A stretch of DNA of 64,000 nt from Anthoceros angustus (lineage: Eukaryota; Plantae; Anthocerotophyta): NCBI GenBank assembly GCA_010909165.1, contig MU008167.1, positions 558,001 to 622,000 on the forward strand, written 5' to 3'. Under the pieces are notes generated by a model. It saw only the letters and a list, made by a program, of their open reading frames with translations, did not search any database and was not told the DNA's origin. Both the position numbers and the translations under genes were made by a program. Position 1 is the stretch's first letter; each line of letters begins with the position of its first letter. Positions 56,996-64,000 of this stretch are shown here, in pieces.

Positions 56996-58289
56996 CCTTT
57001 TGTCTGCCACTTAGCGAATTGAACTATGCTAGCTAACCATCTATGGGTGCCATAAACTGATAGCTTTCAATTCTAATGTGGTAAATCATAGTTCACTTTA
57101 GGTTAAACTGACCGTGAATTATTTACAAATCCTCAATAGTTCACATGAACTGACCTTAAAAATGATATTTTATTTTGAATAATTTATTTCATCTCACTCT
57201 CTTCCATGTTTTATTCCGTCCTCCCGTTTCCAAGCTTTCCCTTTTCACTCTTTCCGCCCCATCCCGCCTGTTCCATCTTCCCCGTTTGAAGTTTTCGCTT
57301 TGGGTTGCCACGGCCTTGCAAAGGCGGCAAAAATGTTGAGAGGATCTCTTCCTGAAAACGCGAAGATAGCACCAACTTGCTTGTCAAGAATGTGGCTCAT
57401 TTGCCTTTTTGCTCATAAGTTTATGGCTCCTTGATGAAGGGTTGCCATTTTTTGCCACTGTAAGCTACATCTTTTGGTGCACGTTCGCTGGTATACAAGT
57501 TTGGTTATTCAAGCATCAGATTCGTGGGGACATGAGCCTTTGAAAGATGTCTTGTGCCACAATCATGGATATGAAATGAGCTCTAACCAAGTTTAGAAGC
57601 TTTTCCATCATCATTGCAAGTGGACTACAATTATGGCTTCATACGTGGTCCATTCAGGGCATGAGTTGTTCAAATCGCCTTCTTTAGTTCCATCTTTTTC
57701 TAATTTCTCAAAAAAATCTAGACAAAGAAACGGTAGAGCAATCCAGCCAAAACGTCACACTACAATTTACACTTCTCAAAGTCATGGCCTTCTCTTTTTT
57801 GAATGCCCTGACAATAGAGAGCCGAGACGAAGCAACGCTCAAACAGTACGAGGTTAGAAGAAAATCAAAATTACCTTATAGTTCTTTGCAGTTTGTCCAA
57901 AGGCGTTTAGTTAAATATCTACAGCTCACGCTTCGTAGATCATCCATTTCAATGATGATTGAACCATTTCAAGGCACTAGAAATGACCACATTGTAAAGT
58001 AACAACAGAGAGGGACCTTGTCTAATCAAGCTCATATATATGTATACGTGCTTAGATACCATCGCAGGTTATGTAAGAATTGGGAAGAACTCTTGTATTC
58101 ACTAAACCTCGTCTACCTACTTTTGCTCGAAATTACGAGCTTCATACATTGATATATCGTTTCCAATAAAACTGCCATCTTGATTGTTATTGGCAAAATT
58201 CGATAAAGACATATGCTTGGCACAAAGCGAGGTGTGGTCTTCACTGTCCTTATGAATACATATATTATATAAAAGAATACATGTGTCTC

Positions 58290-59180
58290 ATGAAGGCAGA
58301 GCATGGTACATGCTCTCTCTTATCTTGCCATCTACTACTAATGTCCGCTAATGCTTTTGGCCCGACCTTATATCCAAGCTTTCCAAATCGTACCGGCTTG
58401 AGTTTCTACAACGATGAGGTTTTGCTTGGGTTTGGTCCAACCTGTGGCCTGCTCTCTCTTGTCTTGCACCTGTGTAGGCCCCCTCAACGACTTTGGGACC
58501 CACTTGGCTAGTTGCCCCGCTGGCGAGTAGCGCATCACTACGCATAACGCCGTCCGCGATGTCATGTATGGCGAAGGACAGTGGGTTCCTGCCAAATAGG
58601 GAGCGCACAAATACTTTGCTCAACAGCATTTCCCTCAGGGCTGATCTGTTTTTGGCTTAGGGGGACTAGGTTTTGCTTGCGGATGTGATTGTAACAGATC
58701 CTACTTGGGACACTATCTGTGTGCAAGTTATCATCAACCCTCCGGATTGAGTGGCGAAGGGATGCGCGACAATAAAGGTTCACAAGTACTCACCCATGCA
58801 GGAAGGTCATGCATTCATCCCCCTTGCCATGAAGACCCATGGGGCCATGGGCAAGGATTTCTCCAAGTTCATCAAAGCCTGTACCAAGGCATTTCACAGT
58901 CACAATAATGGGGTTAATCTCCCCCTTTCTTGTGTGGTTGCCTTCTTCCAGCAACGGGTGTCGATCGCTCTGCAGAGGACGGCAGCAAACACGGAGGATG
59001 TGGCATCTTCGGCACCAGTGGTAGGTAGGCCTTTTCATATCCCAGACCATGACATTCTCAGAGCAGCATGTAATTTCAAAATGGGCTATCATGGGGGCTA
59101 GTCCCCCTTGGCTTGGTGCCCCATGCTATTGAGTTTCTGGGGACTAGCCCATTGGCTTGGTGCGCCATGCTATTCCGTTT
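58290..59180 (+). mobile_element. 5'-truncated non-LTR retrotransposon with zinc knuckle and restriction-like endonuclease (CRE/R2-superclade type), pseudogenised
   Basis: CTCVGPLNDFGTHLASC, RITTHNAVRD, RADL, LADVIVTDP, KVHKY, FIPLAMKTHGAMG, FFQQRVSIALQR; four in-frame TAG stops. Duplicated 3' UTR motif at 59095-59176. Confidence 0.8.
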
Positions 59181-59638
59181 CTCGATACCTATTTTGAGTT
59201 ATTTATAGAATTAATAAATATGTGTTTAGTAATTCCGTCTACCTACCGAGTTGAAAATTTAAACCTAATTAGGTTTATTTGCCCAAATACCATCAGCGAA
59301 AAAGTCCCATTTACTCTTTCACATTTTGAAGGGAGCAAGATCGGACGTGGCAATAAGAGGGGTCGTATTTAGAGAGTTCCCAAGTGGAGAGGTAAAGAGA
59401 CGGGTGGTCTGACCACTCTTCGGACTTCCGCTGGCTGCTGTAAAGGGGATTGCGGAGTCGGGAATCGGGATTGAAAAGCTCGCGTTTTTTAAGGTCGTTG
59501 TTTCAATGTTTCTCCTAAGATACATATGATAACACTAATGCCAGACATGAAGAGAAATTGTCGTTTGAATTAAGAGCCACAGTGATGGCACGGTACAGAA
59601 TTCCCGGAATCTGGCCGGGGCCGGAAAACGGGCATCTT

Positions 59639-61108
59639 CTAGAACAGAGTCCCGGCACGCTTGTCGGCCTCGGGGGCGATAGGACTCCGGTCGGGCCTGC
59701 CCAACTGAAAGGCGACCTTCTGGTGCAGCAGCTCGCCGTCCTCGCGCATGTGGATGGGTATGCGGAGAGATCGCTGGATGTTGTTGTCCATGGCCGAGTA
59801 GAATCCCGCGCAGTTCCGGTACATCTCGAACACCATTCCCAGCTGGAAGCAGTTGGTGAAGCTGTGTGCGAATGCGGCCAGCACGCTGAGCCCGGCGGCA
59901 GAGGAAGCCAGCACCATCTGCTGCTCCGATTCGGCTCCCGAGGCGAGGCTGGCAGCTGCGGCCATGGCGGCCAAAGCCGGACTGGCCACAGCGAGCACCT
60001 TGTTGTAACCGAGGTACTCTTTCATTAGATCCAGGTACTCCTGCACATCTCCGTTTTGGAGCCGCTGGGACACCTCCTTCAGGTCCTTGGCGATGGCGGG
60101 AGTCCAGCCGTTTAGGGTTACGGTTTCCGGGACCGGGATCTCTGGCAGACTGGTGTCGACCGTGCCCGTCATCGCTGAGGGTTCGAGCTTGGATGGGAAC
60201 TTGGGGAGAACCACGGGGAGGAGCGGGAGAGGGAAGGCCTTGTCCAGAGCGTGGAGGCGGGAGATGTTGTCGTTGAGGAATAAGGTTGCTTCCTCTCGCA
60301 GTCGGGGGTCCAGGCGGAGGGTGCTTTGAATCTCCTTTTCCAGTTTGCGGAAGAATCTTGCGGCCGTGCGCTGCTCCTCTGCTAGCTGGGCTGGTTGGAG
60401 GAAGTTGATTCCCGCCATGACTGTGGATGCCCCGGCGTTGAGGAGGAAGGATGAAAAGGCGATGCTCGGGGCGTGCAGGGCGCCTTGGACGGCGGACAGA
60501 GAGGCTGCGGAGACTGTGGCCAGACCCAGGGTGACGTTGAAGAGATGGTTCCAGTTGTCCCTCTGCACGGCCAGGACGGCGTGCATCTCGGCGCGGTCGG
60601 CTGCCATGGCGGCCAGGTTGTGGAGCTTGGCCACCACCCGGTGGTTGGTGCTGCCGTCCCGGAGGAGCCATCCCTTGTACTGCACTGCGGGGTCGGAGGA
60701 TGTGGGGAGGGCCGTGGTCGGGGTGGTGCCGCCGGGGCTCGAGAGGTAGGCGTTCTCCAGGACCTGCCACTTGTGGTCCTTGCAAGGGGACTTGCCGGGG
60801 GAGGAAGTCTGGCAGCGCACCACACCTGCAGCAGCAACAGAAGTCAGAGATGTTAGTCACTTGGCGCCTCAGAGCGTGTAGGGAAAGGAATGACCAGGCA
60901 GAAATTGCAGAGAAGAGCAGTTTTTGGTGGTGGGTTACCGACCTGGAGGAAGCTGAGGGTGGGACTTGGCGGTGAAGAGGGTGGATGGCCTCTTGCAGGA
61001 GAATCCGCCACGGACAGCGCCGCTGCTGAGTTTGTCTGACCCTGAGGTGCTGGCGACCGCCGCAGTCAGAGACTCTGTCCCGCACCTGAAAGTCATTGTT
61101 GTTGCCAT
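59639..61108 (-). CDS. PF14476 'petal formation-expressed'/At4g22030-like protein, 2 exons, with a transit-peptide-like N-terminus
   Basis: Exons 61108-60943 and 60825-59639 join in phase 1. Motifs VQRDNWNHLF, QPAQLAEEQRTAARFF, LDKAFPLPLLP...KFP, NGWT, GMVFEMYRNCAGF and REDGELLHQKVAFQLGR. Confidence 0.9.
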
Positions 61109-61850
61109 GGATGATGCGAAAAGGGGAATGAAATGGGCGGGTGAAGTGGAGTGGAGTGGAGTGGGGGTGGAGTTGGGCGGGGCGGATGAGCAGCAGGATG
61201 ATGATCTTTGATGAGAGGTGGAATCTGCGAGTCCGGGTGGACGTGATGGAGGACTGCAGACGGCGGGGCGAGTCGAGTGTTGTTGGGCGGAGAAGGTTGT
61301 GACTGTGACGAATCGCTGCTGCAGTCAGAGTCTTTCGGTGCCTCTTTATATTGCTGCTGGGCAGTGGCAGGATGCATGGTGTGGGAGGAATCCTGAGAGC
61401 AAGAGAGAGGGGGGCACACAGAGGCCAGTCAAGTCAAAACTCCGCTACATTCCAATAGACAGGTTGATGGCGCTTCATGAGAGGTCAAGTCATCAAGCAT
61501 GGCAACTTCTCACCAAGCTTCGTCCCCTAAACTTACCAACAGCGTCTCTTACCTCATAAAACTTGTTGATCCATCTCGCACCTTTACAGACATCTACAGC
61601 TTCTCATGTCCGCACATCTGTGTGGTCTGATCCAAGGAGACAGCGAGTGAAATGGTTGCGTACATGCTTGTCAGGCGCTTTGGCTACTTGTCAGAGTCGT
61701 CAGCTAGCACGTGGTCCTTGAGTGGGCTGTGCCCACATAATTAAACACGGATCTACATATGTGGAGTACATAGACTTTTCTTCCGGTCAGGATTTACGTC
61801 GCCTAGGAAGCTTCGCATCATCACAGATTTGCCAAACCAGAGCACAGAGA

Positions 61851-62788
61851 TCATTGTGCGCAAGCGCAAGTGGATGCGTGCTTGCACCTCTTAATGCCGA
61901 AAATGGTGTCGTTGTCGTTTCTGGAGATGGCGTGCGCAAGGATGCTGCCAATAGCCTGCGAACACGGCATCGGTTTGTCAGCTCCAGCCAGAAAGGGGAA
62001 GGGAGCTCCTCCCTTTAGGTCATCTGCCGAAGTCTGTTCATACCTCGTCTTTGTCAGCCAGCTTGTGGGCGGCTACTGCTTGCTCCAGATAAGCATCGTG
62101 CTGCGGAAGAGACATGGAGAAGTACCAGCAACCCATAAGACAAGTTGAGAATCAGAAGCCGATTTGATTTCATGTCAAAAGAACCAGAGCCTGTCCGCTC
62201 ACCTCCTTATCCAGCAAGATATCTTCCTTCACCACATTCTTCACAATGTTTTTCCCAGGCTTGCCTAAGACCTGCAGATGATGCATGATCAGTTTCACAA
62301 GGGAATTCCCAAATTCATTCGAGGAGGAGGCAGCACCGACCTTCTCAAAGATTTCCTGGTCATTTCTCTGTTGCTTGGCGTAAAGGATGACGATTCGCAG
62401 AGCCTTGCCTGCGGCAAACCAGATGGGTTTCAGCAACCCGTTTAGCATATTGCAAGGAATCACTCAGGGCGAGGCATCGGAGGCTGACCCATTACCTAGT
62501 GTAGGCAGGTCATACTTGTCAGTCATCTCCTGCAGCCAATCGCGATGGGCTGTGTCCAGATTGAAAGCGACCTCTTTCTTGCCATCGCTCCTAACAATCG
62601 TTGAAGGTCTCTGTGGGATGCAGGCACCAAACCCATGAGCAGCTGGATTCACAGATCGCTGGAACCCGCAAAGTAAATCAGGATGCGCATACCGCAGTCG
62701 GATCCATGAACATTCTGTAACAGGCGTACGTGAAGGCTCCTGCAGTTGCAGTGGACGCAAGCACGACCGCAAGCCTTTTCCAATCCAT
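61851..62788 (-). CDS. 169-aa unknown protein: N-terminal hydrophobic anchor, two ribbon-helix-helix-like repeats, Cys-rich tail; 6 exons
   Basis: Exons 62788-62693, 62610-62496, 62408-62341, 62271-62203, 62100-62044 and 61955-61851 all have GT-AG boundaries and total 510 nt in frame. Confidence 0.8.
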
Positions 62789-62966
62789 CGTGTGTTGGTC
62801 ACTAGCTAGAGAGAGAGGCGATTCGGTGATTCTGCGCGTTTTACAATTCGGCAGCCATGGAGGGGAGGTGCTGCTCGAGGCGCATGCATCTTTTGTCATA
62901 CAGCTTAAAAAATACACAGCCAATTTGTGGCAACACTTCGTCTATATTCTGGCTGCATGAAGTTTG

Positions 62967-64000
62967 TCAAGCATTGGCAGCAGAGCTGCACTCCACATCT
63001 ACTACAATATGGCGGATGTGTGGTGCATACCACTTCACTCTTTCCACATGGGAGGCTGAGATCTGCCAGTCAAGTCCTGTTTCATCAGACGGGCCAGGCG
63101 ATATCAGTGAAGAAGGAAGATTGTAGGCTCTCTGCCAATGATGCAGGCTATCAAATGTGCATAGCAAACCTTGACTGGATGCGAGATTCCTCAAGGACTC
63201 GAGAAGATAATCAATCCACTCTCCTTCAGCGGTGTCCTTGACATTCTCGTGGACATGCAGAGTGCCACCTTTATGCCTGCAGAACTCATGATGATTTGCA
63301 ACACCGACTGGACCAGGTCAGTCTTCTGTACCTCATCTCTGAGTTATGTCAGGCACAAACATGCAGATACTGTACATGGTGGTGGGCTTACTTGAGAGCT
63401 TTCACAGCTGTGCTCCAACTGCCCTCACTGCTCGGTAAGAGTCCTAGGCACACCCTGTCTGCAATTCTCTGAGAAAAGACGGCCACTGAGTCCAGAAATC
63501 TTAAGTTCCATTTCCACTTGGCACAACCTTGCTTCAGGCATGACAGCTCAAATTCCAGATACCTCTGGTGCCATTATGCGATTGTCCCCCTCGATTACAG
63601 TGCAACGCTCCTCCACTGAGTTGACCTTGATGTTGTAGCGAAGTGCATGCAGTGCGTGAGAATTCCACTCACACGCATACGCATGCCTTGCACCTGCTCT
63701 GGTAACATACCCGAAGGAATGAGTGTTTTGATTTCCAAACAAACATGCATGAAGATGAAAATGACGTGGGTGCCATGGCAGCGCAATGGACAGAGGTAGC
63801 GAGAATGAAGAGGCGAACTCACTTGATGAGAAAAGGCAAGACGAAGTATCCGATTCCAGCAAACAAGTCCACCACTACTTCGCCATGGCAGTCCATGCTC
63901 GCAACTCGTAGCTTTTCAGACACGTTTCCAGAGGAGAACATGCACTTGGTGGCATCAAAACAGTACAGGATTCCATTCTCACGGTGCTCTATCCATCCAT
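62967..64000 (-). CDS. TYW2: 3' part of a TYW2/Met-10+-type SAM-dependent tRNA-modifying enzyme (probably the plant wybutosine TYW3/4/2 fusion); runs off the window
   Basis: FDATKCMFSSGNVSEKLR, VVVDLFAGIGYF, YACEWN..ALHALRYN, RVCLGLLPSSE, LHVHENV and VERVKWYAPHIRHIVVD. Confidence 0.88.

Noticed and set aside
57000-58050. Possible MULE/hAT remnant
   Set aside because: No clear TIR pair or transposase motif could be read.
59535-61085. 516-aa minus-strand ORF overlapping the PF14476 gene
   Set aside because: An alternative frame of a GC-rich exon with low-complexity R/P/G composition; the spliced PF14476 frame explains the region.

Overview
Eukaryotic DNA, almost certainly a land plant with compact, GC-rich, short-intron (GT-AG) genes; a bryophyte/hornwort- or lycophyte-like host is my inference. 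Intact host genes sit at both ends. Left: an At5g35320-like protein and an FHA-AAA ATPase. Right: TANGO2/NRDE, a PF14476 'petal formation-expressed' family gene, a small protein with two ribbon-helix-helix-like repeats, and the 3' part of a TYW2-type tRNA methyltransferase-fold gene. Between them (about 14.7-53 kb) lies a heavily rearranged transposon nest. The standout is an 11.9-kb Ty3/gypsy LTR retrotransposon (14694-26582, 4-bp TSD CTTG). Its pol carries a DNMT3-like C5 cytosine methyltransferase between protease and RT, a PHD finger after the integrase, and an extra unknown ORF before the 3' LTR. A 4.9-kb block of it is inverted and is also interrupted by an unclassified TIR element. The nest also holds a split, circularly permuted Ty1/copia element, a 14.7-kb CACTA element with CCCTA ends inserted in that copia, and a further LTR with PBS. 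Elsewhere are a Harbinger remnant, remnants of a CRE-like RLE non-LTR element and many tandem arrays. All family calls come from motif recognition by eye; no searches were run.
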